A DNA stretch of 64,000 nucleotides from Utricularia gibba (lineage: Eukaryota; Plantae; Magnoliophyta), in assembly GCA_002189035.1 (NCBI GenBank), contig NEEC01000015.1, forward strand, positions 496,001-560,000, in the 5' to 3' direction. Each line of letters starts with the position of its first letter. Position 1 is the stretch's first letter. Of this stretch, positions 50,977-64,000 are shown piece by piece. The notes below the pieces were generated by a model, which was given only the letters and a program-made list of their open reading frames with translations, ran no database searches and was not told the DNA's origin. The position numbers were made by a program, and so were the translations under genes.

Positions 50977-51157
50977 TTCTTAGAGATCAAGCCCCTGACG
51001 ATCTGAGGCCTATTCCCCAATGAAATCTGAGAAGTCTCTAGAAACTTGAAATGCAGCACGAGAAACAATTGAAATAAAAGTGCTGAAACGCGCTTTATAG
51101 AGATCTGAATGACGGAGCTGTCTCGCCCAATCAAATTCGTTTCACGTGTACATTGAA

Positions 51158-51176
51158 CCAATAATAAAATGCCACG
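51158..51176 (+). promoter_or_regulatory. ER stress response element (ERSE, CCAAT-N9-CCACG) in the calnexin/SDR divergent promoter
   Basis: CCAAT AATAAAATG CCACG read directly, about 180 bp upstream of the calnexin ATG. A second, imperfect copy (CCAAT-N11-CACG) lies at 51127-51146. Confidence 0.75.
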
Positions 51177-51309
51177 TGTAATCATGTAATTAGTCCAGAT
51201 CTGCGTTCGTGGGCCTAGTTTACACACATGTTTTGGCCCAACTTCATTAGTTTTTCCTTTTTTTCTTTGAGAAATTGATGCTGCTGCGGTAGGATATTGA
51301 GATTTGAGA

Positions 51310-52898
51310 ATGGGCAGAAAGGAGAGGATCAAGGAGAGAAGAGAGAAGAGGCGTGAGGAGATCTCAATCCTTCGCACAGTTCCCTACCCCGATGAGCAAA
51401 GGTGACGGATACTGGTTGCGAATTTGAATGATTATAGAATAAGTGCGGTTTCTGAGGTTTTACAATAGGATTTTGTAGCATACCTGACTTCTTCTCCGAA
51501 GATATCGAAGTTTTGTGTTCATGATATTTATGATTTGATGAATAGGGTGTTTTGACCGTCGTCGATGATTTTTGGCAAGTGAGATTTCTAGTGGTATCAG
51601 TGTATTAGACTTGGATTTGGGAATTGGTTGCGTAGATTTATGTGCCCAATGTTAACTGTTTGTAATTAGTGTCTTTTGACTGTGATGATTTAATTACCAA
51701 GAAGAATTATTTGAGTCGCGGATTATGCATTCCGAGTTGTTTTCACCTGAGTTCTGATGGGAAATCAACCGGAACACTTCCATATAGTCCATATTATATG
51801 ACAGAGGTTGAAAGAAAGGGCCATGAATTTTCTTCTTTGCTCATGGTCTTGCGTGCTTTTGATTTTTAATAAGGAAGCTTTTTCATTGTTAGATGGTGGA
51901 GCTCTGATACTATTGCAGTGGTGACGGGTGCAAACCGAGGAATTGGATTCGAAATTGCTTCCCAGCTCACGTCTCATGGGTTGACTGTCATTCTCACATC
52001 AAGGGAAACTTGTGCAGGAGAAGAGGCATCCAAGGTCCTGCAAGAACGAGGTCTCAATGTCGTGTTCCATCAGCTCGATATCACTGATGAATCATCAATC
52101 GATGCATTTGCAGTATGGGTACAGAAAGTATATGGGAGCATAGATATTCTGGTACGTCGCCTCTGTTTCTCTGTTTCTGCTCGGAGATCTCCCTCCAGTA
52201 GCCATGCATTTTTATGCTTGTGTGGTTCAAGAACTCCCTGTAGGTAAACAACGCAGGAGTGAATTTCAACACTGGGTCTGACAACTCAGTGGATTTCGCT
52301 GATAAAGTTCTTGCAACGAACTATTTTGGTACCAAAAACATGATCAAAGCTATGGTGCCTCTCATGAGATCTTCACGCGATTCTGGTGCTCGTATTATCA
52401 ACGTGAGTTCGAGGCTAGGAAGATTGAATGGCCGCAGAAACGTAAGATTTGCTTTCACCTTCCATTTTTATGGCATCTTGAATACGTGGTTTCCTGCATG
52501 CATTCTATCTACAGAGAATCGGCAATGTTGATCTGAGAAAGAAGCTGGAGGACGATGAGACGCTCTCGGAGGAATTCATTGACCACACGGTGAACACCTT
52601 CTTGGAGCAAGTCAAGGATGGAAGTTGGACAGAAGGTGGATGGCCTCAAGTTTTCACAGATTACTCCTTGTCGAAACTAGCAGTCAACAGTTACACGAGG
52701 GTGATGGCGAAAGTGCTATCTGATCAACGGATTTACATGAATTGCTACTGCCCCGGATGGGTGAAGACCGCCATGACTGGTTGGGCTGGGCATACGAACC
52801 CAGAAGAAGGCGCCGACACCGGAGTGTGGCTGGCGCTGCTCTCCGATCAACTCATCGCCGGCAAGTTCTTCGCCGAGAGGCGTGAGATCAGCTTTTGA
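51310..52898 (+). CDS. Short-chain dehydrogenase/reductase, carbonyl reductase-like (At5g51030/At5g61830-like), 4 exons
   Basis: VVTGANRGIG, VNNAG, catalytic YSLSK, CPGWVKTAMT and KFFAERREISF*. Confidence 0.92.
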
Positions 52899-53062
52899 AC
52901 TGTATTGCGCTTGGAAATACTTCTTTTTGTTTTTGTGACAATAAAAATAAATAACCTTATATTTAGTTATTTATAAACAGTAATTTGAGAAAAATGTTTC
53001 AACATTATAATTATCTTATCAGTTGGGTGCTTGTGAGTCGGTGTTCCTCCCAGACGAGAAGC

Positions 53063-53783
53063 ATGAGGCGTATCCTATCCGTTTCGCTGCTAATCCTCGT
53101 CCATTGCCTTCGCTCTGCGGCGGCGCGCACACCGCCGTCTTCACCGTCGCCGACCCCATGGCCACTGCAATTCCACTCGATTCTGTTCCAGAACAACACA
53201 GCAGGGAATCTACAGATTATCGATCTGTGGTATGATTGGCCCAACCGCCGAAACTTCAACATCATCCAAAGTCAGCTGGGGAAGAAGACGTACGATTTGG
53301 AATGGGGAAACGGGACTTCGTATTACTACACTCTCGACGCTAACAAAGAATGCCGGACCATGCATTTTTCGGTGGGGATTCTCCGCCCCGATTGGCTCGA
53401 CGGTGCGGAGTATCTAGGGCAAGAGAACAAGGATGGGTTTTTGTGCAATGTGTGGACCAAAGTCGATTTCATTTGGTACTACGAAGATGTGGTTTCAAAG
53501 AGACCTGTTTACTGGGTTTTCTTCACAGGTATTTGTATCGTCTTCCCACCGGATACTTGTTATATCCTACTCTGCATGTTCTTTCTATGCTTAGATGTGT
53601 GATTGACGACTTCCAGGAATGGAATTGCATGTGATGACATTTGAGGTTGGTAAGGTTCTGGAGGATCCAAATTGGCAAGCTCCGGTTTACTGTTTCGAAG
53701 AAAAGGTGCAGGAAGAAGAAGCCTCAGATTTGGTATTTGATGCACCCTTCAAACTCAGGAGCTTGATGCCATATTCCAGTTGA
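53063..53783 (+). CDS. Secreted uncharacterised protein, At4g14100-like, 2 exons
   Basis: Signal peptide, [41 protein letters not shown] and [20 protein letters not shown]. Intron 53529-53617 (approx.). Confidence 0.85.
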
Positions 53784-54315
53784 ATCAGTATGGAAATCGG
53801 AAACGCTTCCTTCCCCAATCAAAATAACTGGCTCATCATCGTTGTATCTCAGTGTGCATTGTAGAGGACTCCCGTGCGCCATGTTTTTCATCAGTAATAA
53901 CCATGGCTTCTTCATTAGAAAGCAACTTCAATGGCGCAGTGTTGCAGCAAATTAGAAAGATACGAACAAATCTCCTGGGGCGCTGGGCGTGGCTCCTAAA
54001 ACTTTCAAGAAAACTCCCGATCCATTATACATTGCCGACAGCCTACAATAATCCAGATTCAACAAGACGAAAGCTGTAGATTTTCTTAAAAGCATTCCGC
54101 AGAAAACTGATCCTTACGCGTTCGCCGGCTTTCAGGGGGTGAGCTATGGAGAAGAAAAGGCGAAACCCTTCAACCCTAATTTTGAGGGAAGCAATTACAG
54201 ACGGTAGCTTTTTAGGATTAGGTAGTAAATGACCAGTTTAATTTTGGATAAAACGGCATGCTTGACGATATCTTTCGGCATTTCAATATCGTCGATTCCC
54301 GCCGGGAGAAAGCCG

Positions 54316-55879
54316 ATGAAGACGAGTAGGTCGATGGCGCCGGCGCACGTTCTCCGGTCGAAGCTCATGCAAATCGTTTCCCGACACGAGCAGCTGAAGG
54401 TTGTCTATCATCAGCTTCATTCGCAGATCAAAGCTGGTTTGATCGAGGTACTCTGCCCCTTCGAGAACTTCGATTCTACATTCCTGTGATTGTGCCTACT
54501 ACGGTGATGAATTTGTGCTACATTTTAAGGCGGAAGATGTTTTTGCGTCGTTGGCTGTTCCGCTTACAGCGCTTGTGGGACTTAAGACGACGGAGATGGT
54601 TCGTGACGGACGATCTAGTGCTATTTTGACTAGTAACGATCTTTCCTGCGCTAAGGTGACCCTCCGAAACCGCGAAGAGTAGAAGTGATCGATAATCGAT
54701 GCTATCTTGTGTGCTGCAGCTCATTCAACACTTCTCTTAATTGTTCTCTGTTAGATACAGTGATTGCTTGGATTGACTAGACACTTCTTAAAAGCTTCTT
54801 CATTGAAAATTTCTACTTCAAGCTTCGGCATCATTGTCTTGGTTGAAGAATTCTGCAATTTTTTTCGGGATCTTTAACTTACTTCAGGTGTTTCAATGCT
54901 GCATCTTTTGCATATGCAGGCTCCATTGTTGCTAGAGCAGAATTACTCAAGCAAAGCCACAGCCGCCAGCAACGAAATGATCAACAGACAGAAGCTGCAT
55001 TTTTCTAAACTCATCAACCTCCTCAAAACAGTGGAGTTCCAAATAAATTCCAGGCACAGAACACTATTTCAGGAGCTTGCCGATAACCAGGCCTCCTTCA
55101 AGAAGCTGATCATCAAGTCCTTTGCCTATATTTCTACAGTCCATCAGTCAGGGCGACCTGATGACCTCTTGAATATCATGGTAAAGATTCTTAAAGCCAT
55201 ATATAAGCTCATTGGAGGTACCCTCGGATCGGTGGAAATCGGAATCCATGACCTGATTCATGAACTTGCACAAAAGATGTGCAATCCCATGGTTGAGTAT
55301 GTGAATGATGTTAAGCAGGATATCACAGCAGGAACATGCTCACGTTTATTAGACATCATCAAGGAAATGGATGAGGAGTTGAAGATCACAAGGTTTGAGT
55401 TGGTGGAAGCAAGACAAAGAGCCAGAGTAGCAGAGGAACGTGCAGCCAAGGCTTTGGATAAACCAAAGGCATCAGAAGAAACAGTTGTGAAACTGAACAC
55501 TTTCCTCACTGGCTACTCTACAGAACCCCCACAAGTTTTGGCCCCAGAAAAGGTACATATTCTTCTTCTAAATCATAGCTGCTTAGCAATCTAATCCACT
55601 CCTGTGAACAAGAAGCTTTCAGCCACTGAAGAAGACCACAGAAGAGACGACGACTTACTCTGGGACATCCTCAAGAAGAAGCGGAAGCTTCAGGTAGAAG
55701 AAGTAAAAGAGGTTGCTGAGCTTGGAAAAGGCAACAAACGACTCTGCAAGAGGGGCACAGCAGTTTCCCACTTGAGTCACCGGATAACCACGCGATCGCA
55801 GTCACGGGCATTGGCTCTTCAATCTCCACCGTCCATCAAGTCGAAGATGATCGGTACCTCCTCTCTTTTCCGAAAATAG
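54316..55879 (+). CDS. Uncharacterised plant coiled-coil protein, about 4 exons
   Basis: Spliced frame LRSKLMQIVSRHEQLK..GLIE|AEDVFASLAVPL..LVGLKT.EM...|...LAQKMCNPMVEYV...|DDLLWDILKKKRK. Confidence 0.7.
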
Positions 55880-56107
55880 CTCCTTGGCTCTTTGGTATCC
55901 TTCTGCTCTTTTCCCTTATTATTTGAATCTCGTGCATTCTCAACTCTCAAGGCTGGTATGAGTTCATTTTTTTCCTTCAAAGCTTGCTTTACAAGATGTA
56001 TGGAACCTTTTACAAATCTTTCGTGGAGCAGGCGGGCCCACGCCCCCGTTTTATGAATATAATGCTTTAGTTTTATATTCATATAAATATAAATAAATAA
56101 ATAAATA

Positions 56108-56127
56108 ATATATATATATATATATAT
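56108..56127. repeat. (AT)n microsatellite
   Basis: Direct reading of about 9 AT units. Confidence 0.75.
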
Positions 56128-56592
56128 TTTGTGAGAAGGAAGAAGAATCTAGAATAAACTTTTTATTTCCAGTTCCATTTCCGCAAGCGGGCTTCTTTCT
56201 CGTCTTCCCTAGGGATCGCGTGTTCTTCTCTTCGACGCCGTTTCTGGAGCTCTGCGTTTTTCTTGGTACGTTTTTCCGATGTATATTGATTTTTGAGTTA
56301 GTTCGATGGTTCGGGGGAAGGAGTTACGTAGGTTTGCGGTTTTGTCTCGAAGGAGAGAACATGTTTTCGATTTGTTGAGGTCGTTTGAGGTTTTCTTTCT
56401 TAAAATTTTCTCGCACGGAATTTTTTTTTTCTGTTGCCTTTTCGTGATACTGTCGATGTATTAAATCGTTATGTATAGGCAATTTCTTTTGTTTAAAATC
56501 CATGTTGTTTGGATATTTTGCTGATGTACATCTTTTTTTCTTGCAGACTATTGATTTAGACAACCTACTAGCCTTGATCAACATCTAAATCC

Positions 56593-57494
56593 ATGGTATG
56601 CACTTTGAAGTTAGATTCCAGTGAAAGTGAACTTAGAAGTACATCGCGTTGGTTATCATGGAATTTTGTGGTTGCTGGTTCATTTGAAAGCTGTAAAGTG
56701 ATATGGCCTTGTACCTTAGTTGATTGGATATAATTTTTGTTCACAGGCTGCCAAAATTATTGCAAATTTGATCGTTGTGGGATCTGGAGTATTGGCAAGA
56801 GCATTTGTCCAAGCGTATCGTCAGGCTCTAGCGAGTAAGGTCTTCTACTCTAATGCAATTTAGATTTTTCGATACAGCTGTGTTTCAGATGTCTAGAAAT
56901 TATCTTAGAGTGCAATTTATCCATTGGGACTTGCTTTTAATTGAGTTTCATATATGTAGGAAGCATCGACAGTTTTATTCCTGTTTTAAAAATTAGTCTT
57001 CTGTGACCTCGGACTTGAATTTAGGGTTTAGGGTTACAGTTTAGTAGGAAAGAAATGAGGATGTCTTTAGAATCAGGAATGTTTGATGCAATACCCTACG
57101 AGTCAAACTGAAGATGAAAAATACAAATCACCCGAGATCAAAATTCTGCACTTTGGTAACTGCCATTCACGTTGCAGATGCTTCAAAAAATGGTGTAGCC
57201 AAGGAAGCAGTCCAAAACATTAGACGAGGCGCAATGACAGAGACGGAGGCGAGACAGATTCTTGGTGTGTCTGAAAATTCAACGTGGGAAGAGGTTTCAA
57301 AGGTAACAGCTTCACTTCGAACGAGTGACACTTCTCATTGCTATTGACTCGGATTGATTCTTCTTTTCCAGAGGTACGAGAGGTTATTCGAGCTGAATGC
57401 AACGAAAGGGAGTTTCTATCTCCAATCCAAGGTCCACAGAGCCAAAGAATGTCTAGAATCTGTTATGAATCAAAAACAGCAGGGCACAAGTTGA
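56593..57494 (+). CDS. PAM16: Mitochondrial import motor subunit PAM16 (TXR1-like); first coding exon is the ATG alone
   Basis: ATG|GTATGC, AAKIIANLIVVGSGVLARAFVQAYRQAL, MTETEARQILGV and GSFYLQSKVHRAKE. Confidence 0.93.
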
Positions 57495-57808
57495 GCTTTG
57501 TCACCTCTACAAAGGTTTTTCGCCGCCTGCTGCCGATGTCTTCCTCCTTACAGGAGATCAAGTCTCAGCCCCTGAAGCTTAGTGGATCCATCCGTCTTTA
57601 ACCCCTACGAGTTGTTTTGATATATTTTTCTGATATTCCCACAACGGGAGTTGAAAAATGAACCAAAAGAACAAAAAACCGTCCCCAGCTTCTGGAATGA
57701 TGTACTGCTTACTAGATGTTTATTGGCGTTGTGGTGGTGCATGGTGACTAAAAGCTCCAAAATGTTGTCCATTGGTATAAACTACGCCTGTTGGGTGGTG
57801 CCGTTGGG

Positions 57809-59075
57809 CTATTGAGTCTGTTTCTCAGGCGCGTTGTTGTGAGAGTTTGCAAGGCGTTCGGCCTCAGCTTGGTCGAGTAGTGCTTTCCTTTGCATGGCTT
57901 TTATCATGTCTCTCATTCTCGCTTCCTCTCCTTCCAGCTGCATGTTCATGATGATCTCTGCTTCCTTGTCAATGGGGCTGAAGTACTCCTCGATGGCTGC
58001 TTCCTGCGCAAATTCAGTTCACGTTTAGTGTCACAGTAGAACAGGCCTGAAAACAAATAATCGGCCCATGAGAAGGAACATGAGCGAGTTAGCAACCACA
58101 TATGCACGAGCCAAAAAAGAAAAATATAGCAAGCCTTGCCAAGCTCAACTCCTTAACGAGGTCCTAAAGAAGAGACTGCTTAGGTCGAATCCGAGTACTC
58201 TGCACTTTTATCTTTGGAAACGAGGCCTCTGCAACTTTCTGCACTATATTCAAACAACTAAGACTATGTTTTACGCCTTACAGTGGGCCAACAGCTTCCT
58301 GAGACTCTTCATGCGTTTCAAGGCACTTAGTATCTTCTGCTCTACTACATTTTTTAATCAGCTTCTGCTTTTACTTTATTAAAACAAGTGTCAGGGTCAT
58401 ATCCTCTAACTCTCCCAATGATGCTAAATCAATCCAGAAATACTATCCAAGTTAACTGGAAGCATCCATGGGAGCACACCCAGCAGAAGCACAACCACGG
58501 CAGAAAGGCTGTTATAGTAGATAAATAAAACACAAACTTACTGTTTCGTCTAGCTTCTTGTTCAATGCTTGCATCTCCTCTACCATTCGTCGCACCTCTG
58601 ACAAAATAACCTGCTCAGGAATCCTTTTGAGTGCCTCTTTCCTTTCTTGTGCCTTCATAACAAATCAGAAAAGAGTAAATCCTTGTTCCATATCATGGAT
58701 TATGAGATGCAAACGGCAACATCCAAGTGAAAGACAGTTTCCTATTGGCTCTCAGTGAGCATTTCAATAGCTTTCAGAAACATTTAAAAAACAGCCCCAT
58801 TTATCTCAGTTTGTAACCAGTTAGGTTAATATTTTTTCCTCAATCAAAATTCAACCGTAGTTCCGCGAAATTTCGCAATTCAAACAACGAAACTCCGTAA
58901 TCAGACAATCCACGTACTAGATGGAAACGGGAGAATAGAGAAGGCAGGCAAAGAAAACCTTCTGGAGGCGTTGGTGGAGCTGCAATCTATAAGATCGGAT
59001 TCTCCGCTGCTCGTAACCTGAAAGAAGTCTCACATAGAACATAGCTTTTCGCCCAAATTCCAAAAACCTCTTCAT
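57809..59075 (-). CDS. Uncharacterised small coiled-coil protein, 3 exons
   Basis: MKRFLEFGRKAMFYVRLLSGYEQRRIRSYRLQL|AQERKEALKRIPEQVILSEVRRMVEEMQ|EAAIEEYFSPID...; clean GT-AG junctions. Confidence 0.8.
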
Positions 59076-59425
59076 CGCCGGAACCGCCGTGTTCTTCAAT
59101 CAGAGTGCAGTGCTCCAATTCCAGACCAGCAGCGAGAGAATTTCCAAATGGAGGAGGAAACTGGGAACAGACAAAGCTTCGAATGAATCTTCTTCATTCG
59201 CTCTTCCCAGAAATTCTAATTTAATTTAAATGTTTCTTTTAAGAAATCAATTTCAAAATACCTTGTTTTTTTTTTCTACACTCGATATTCCCATTTTTTC
59301 ATGGCGAAAATAAGAGCATTTATTATTAAATTAATATACACGGGAAAAGAAAATGTAGATATAATTATCACATAATAATAGCCAATAAATTGAAGATATA
59401 AAATGAGGAAAGAATAAAAGATACA

Positions 59426-60326
59426 TCATAAATCAGCTGTCGGGATCGAATCTGCAACAGCACTGTCATCGTTCCTAGGGATCTTCTTCCTCTTCTTCTC
59501 GGCCAGAGGTTCCTTTGCTTTCAGATCGTTGCAGAAGGATCTCAGCATGGCAGTCAGATTATCATTGCGATGTGCTTCAATGAAATGCGTAGCCCTCAGA
59601 TACAGGGGTGAAGGATGGAGTTAAAGGGCTGAGAAGTATGGGAATGTTACCACAAAGAATGACGTCTTCCATGTTGACGGACTTGCGGCCAGCATGGCGT
59701 GCAAACACCTCGACATCCTTCGCCATCTGCTCTGCTTTCAGAAGCAATGCAAGATAAGTGTTGTTACAGATTTCCAGCACTTCTACCCATTGAATTGGGA
59801 AGCAATAAGAATGCGCGAAACTGGTCACATGGTTCATGAATTTGAGTGGTTTCCCGTGTCTAGCTAACAAAATTCCGACAACCAGAAACCATGTGGGAGC
59901 TAAAGCCACTCCTGAAATCACTTCAAAAAGTTTCCGTCCCGCAATGCGGAATCCGGCAGCAATAATACCTCATGATACTTTTACAGCAGGAAGAATGCGT
60001 ACTTCACAACCGGCACATGAAGCAAAAGCAGAACCGTAGTCAAGATGAAGGAAATACAAGCAGAAAGGGACTAACGTGCGTATTTGAATGCAAGATCGGA
60101 GACACAGGCGACGATCAAGGGAGAAATTTCCATGCCATTCTGCTTCGCTGCAACAAAAAAAAAAAAACAAGTGAAGAAAAATTCATCACAGCCAAAATCG
60201 TGAAAGTAGTACTATATTGAGACCTTCGGCCTCTGCAATCGAAATGCTACAGAGCCTGAATCGATCTCTCAAGAGCTCGCTCACCGAGTCCTCTTCTTCT
60301 TCTCCTCGCTCCACGTTGCTTTCCAT
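59426..60326 (-). CDS. MHF1: MHF1 / CENP-S histone-fold protein (FANCM cofactor), 4 exons
   Basis: LLRDRFRLCSISIAEAEAKQNGMEI, DLAFKYA, AKDVEVFARHAGRKSVNMEDVIL and AHRND.L. Confidence 0.93.
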
Positions 60327-62476
60327 TTTCCCGCTTCGGCCGTCTGTGGATCGACAGACGCGTCAATGGAAACCCACGAATTTTGATTTCTAGGGTTACC
60401 GCAATTTTGGGTTGGGAAAGAAGCAAATATGCGCGGGAGATCATGGTGCCGGTGCACGTGACTCGTGCGCGTGACAATGGCTCGTCCAAAAAGGCACTAA
60501 AAAGAATCCTCCGCCGAAATCAATTTCAGCTCCAAAGCTTCGGGAACCCGAGTCTGCCGAACCACCATGCTGCGATTCACCATCGCCATAACTACCTCGA
60601 CAGATTCCCGAACCATCTCAAATTTGCACACTCGGATATGCGGAATCGGGCCGTCGACACGCAAATGAAGATCCCGAGTGCTTTCTCAGGGCAACGCTTC
60701 TTTTCGCGGAATTCGGATTCTGATTGAGGCAACCTAGGGAGTGGCGAAGATCGGATTCGAGAGATACGGCGTTGGATAAGAATCTGGAGAGGGAATATAT
60801 CGGACGTTGACGGGCGCAGACGACCGTGGATATGAGATTTATGGTGCTCCGACGAATGTCGAAGATTCCTTACCGCTGTTCCCATGGCGGCGGCCAACGC
60901 GGGCCTTCGGACTTCGGGTTTCACGGTTTTGGGCAGCCCATGTATTCTTCTTTATTATTAGGACTTTCTTTTTTGTTATCGTTTCTTATTTCTATTTTCA
61001 TTTTCAGGGAATTAACAAAAAGACAAGGCGTGCATCTCCTTCCTTCTTGGACACCTCAATTTTCCTTATCCATTTAGGGTTCAATTTCTATGGTATATGG
61101 TACGTGGGACATACATGTGTGACATGCCAATTATCCTCTCACCCAAAATCTCAATCACATCTTTTTTTAATATCCTCAAAAGAAAAATCCAGTTTCTATT
61201 ATTATATTAGATTTGAAAATCTAAAACACTACTTTTTATTATATTAGATTTGAAATTTTGTTTCACTTTTTGAGTAACCGCAATTAAGTTAAAGATTTTG
61301 TCAAACAACGAGGTGCTACTTTGATAATTATTTTTAAATAAATTTAAATTATAGTCGCGTGTGCTCTAATCTCTGTTTTTTTAAGAAAAAATAATGTCAA
61401 CCACTCAAAGTCAAGACTCACCCAACACGGAACGTAGGAATATTCAAATGTTGAGCGTTGACATTGGATATTCATATGCATATATGAATAGACGGGTGTA
61501 CATCGAATCCTAAACGTTAGATTCGGTGTTTGAAATTTAAAGCATGGTTGGTAAATGGTAGATATTTATGAGTGATATTAAAGCATTTTATTTAATAAGA
61601 ATATTTGGTAAAAAAAATTAAAATTAAAATAATAATTTAATTCAGTATTTTGCATTTTCTGCTCTCAATTTATCGAAATAGAGGGAAGATTAAATCTTAC
61701 ATATCTAATTTTCAAACATATCTAAATTTTTAAATTGCATTTTATTTTAGTATATATAATTACAATTTTACAGAAAACGACAAAACCATATTCTATTTGT
61801 GTTTGATATAATGCAAGGTCATTTTCGTATTATGTCATTTTTTAATATTTTTAATTATAAATGATATCTCATTATGTCTATTCATTCTAAATTTTGTACG
61901 CATCTATGAGTAATAGTTTTGAAAAACCATATTCTATTTATGATTATTATTATTATTATTCAAATAACAAGCATTTGAATGTGATCATGTAAGTATACAA
62001 ATAAATTTTATATAGAAAATAATACAAATATAAAAAAATTTTATTTATAATAAAGATCAAACTTATGCTTTATTAGAAACATTATTTTTAAAAAAACATA
62101 ACTAAATATAACCTTAGTTTTATAATTCTAAGCAAACTCGTTGACCGGAGTAGTGATGCGCGAATGATATTGGCGTTTAGATAAGATCATCATATGTGTA
62201 AAAAATTTGTTGTATGAAAGAGAAATTGATAGTGACGGATTTTCTAAATGAGACTTTAATGTGAATGGTTGGTTAATCAAGTACCCAAATGATGTAATTA
62301 GCCATTTTCAACTGCGTATTATTTTTTATTTTTTTATTTTGAAAGATTCTGAGGAATCCAACTGGCCTATTAAAGGGTTGCTTGCTTCACTCTGCTCATC
62401 CATTCATTCCTGGATTCCACTCAAGGTGGTCGGTCAAACTTCCCAGCACCACAAGGCACTCGAGAGAGGATAAACA

Positions 62477-64000
62477 ATGGCTCTCCTGAATGATCTACTG
62501 AATCTGAATCTCTCCGATACTACTGAGAAGACTATTGCTGAGTACATATGGTTCGTTTTCGGTTTTATTTCTCATTTTGGAGGTTGCGGATCTGGGTGCT
62601 CAAGTTTTTTTTTTTTTTGAACTCTCTTCTGAGTTTCTGGGATTTTCGTGGTGTTGTTTACATTAAAATCTCGATAAAGGATGTTTCTTTTTGGAGTCCG
62701 GTTAGACTTTTCTTGTTCCTCTTTCCTGGAAGTTTGGAATCTGGGTAACCAAGTTTTTTGATCTTTTGCGTATATTCCGTTTCTTTCTCGCTTCCTGGGC
62801 ACTTTTTTGCTAACTCTACATGTCTTCTGAAGTTTAATCGCCACGAAAATGGCTGCTTCTGAGGGCCTCTGCATATGTGCGTTATCTTTTAAAAGAAACT
62901 TTTTTCTCACTTCGATTGCTAAACAGGATTGGTGGATCCGGAATGGACCTTAGAAGCAAGGCCAGGGTAAAGATTTTTCTCTTTCAAAACTGAAAAATGG
63001 CAAAAACATGTTTTCATTTGATTACGTTTCATAATGTTTTCATAGAATTGCATTTTAATACTAAAAAGCAACACAAGATTCACTTTGCCGGCCATCTTTT
63101 TCACTGTATTTTGGTTGTGGGTTCATTTATTCCACGAATCAGACTCTTCCCGGCCCTGTGTCTGATCCTGCTAAGCTTCCAAAGTGGAACTATGACGGTT
63201 CTAGCACAGGCCAAGCCCCTGGACAGGATAGTGAAGTGATTCTCTAGTAAGATTCCTTCTTTCATACTCACAGTACCTTTGTCAACAATATCACAACTTG
63301 CTATATTCATTTATTGTTTTGCAGCCCACAAGCAATCTTTCCTGATCCATTCAGACGAGGAAATCACATTCTTGTATTACTCGACTCAGTGTTTTACAGT
63401 TCATTGATGTAGATGTCTTTTTTTTGCTCTGACCTTTTATTTACAGGTGATCTGTGATACTTACACTCCAGCTGGAGAACCGATTCCAACAAACAAGCGA
63501 TTTGATGCTGCGAAGATTTTCAACCACCCTGATGTTGTTGCTGAAGTTCCCTGGTAGGATACCAAGTTCCAAGTTTTTTCTGGTCTATGATGTGGTCTCC
63601 TGTCCTTATCTTTCTGGGATTGTTTCGACTTGATATAACTGATCCGACTATTTGGAGTAGAGGTTCTCATTTGACAATATTGAATCACAGGTATGGGATT
63701 GAGCAAGAGTACACCCTCTTGCAGAAAGATGTGAAGTGGCCGCTTGGCTGGCCTGTGGGAGGCTTTCCAGGACCCCAGGTACTTGAAGAAGAACCGCTAT
63801 GGCATCATTTTCGATTCACTCAGATCAGGAAAAATAGCTCGATTTGAGTAGTTGCCTTCTTCCTTGCTGAACTTGATGGGTACTCTCTGCTTAAACCAGG
63901 GGCCATACTACTGCTCCGTGGGTGCTGATAAGTCCTTTGGACGCGACATCGTCGACGCCCACTACAAAGCTTGTCTCTATGCCGGCGTCAACATCAGCGG
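62477..64000 (+). CDS. GLN1: Cytosolic glutamine synthetase GS1, 5' part, runs off the window end
   Basis: [25 protein letters not shown]|[41 protein letters not shown] and [11 protein letters not shown]; no transit peptide. Confidence 0.96.

Noticed and set aside
57018-57036. TTTAGGGTTTTAGGGTT as an interstitial telomere remnant
   Set aside because: It has only two units, inside a PAM16 intron, consistent with a common telo-box.

Overview
Eukaryotic (eudicot plant) nuclear DNA from a gene-dense, short-intron genome; the species cannot be identified from the sequence. I can support about 20 protein genes: LOLITA/TSPOON, TMM, PRP8, a DUF247 gene, acetylornithine aminotransferase, a di-SUMO-like gene and a divergent SUMO, CAF1, a TAG-type DNA glycosylase, PIG-C, HCT, an AAMP/SQT1-like WD40, a 12-exon uncharacterised gene that looks like an M1AP homologue, calnexin, an SDR, an At4g14100-like gene, two unknowns, PAM16, MHF1 and the 5' part of a cytosolic GS1. 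Decayed genes include a WRKY40-like pseudogene, a PPR fragment and an HCT pseudogene. Mobile elements are a truncated Athila-type LTR element and a MuDR/MULE element with TIRs. Five single-base deletions in short homopolymers (TMM, PRP8 x3, HCT) look like assembly errors. Best leads: (1) a probable plant homologue of the meiotic crossover factor M1AP; (2) a fused di-SUMO gene with no di-glycine next to a GG-bearing SUMO variant; (3) a tandem duplication that seems to have given PIG-C the 5' region of the AAMP gene. Comparisons with known proteins are from memory and need database confirmation. No rRNA, tRNA or CRISPR features are supported.
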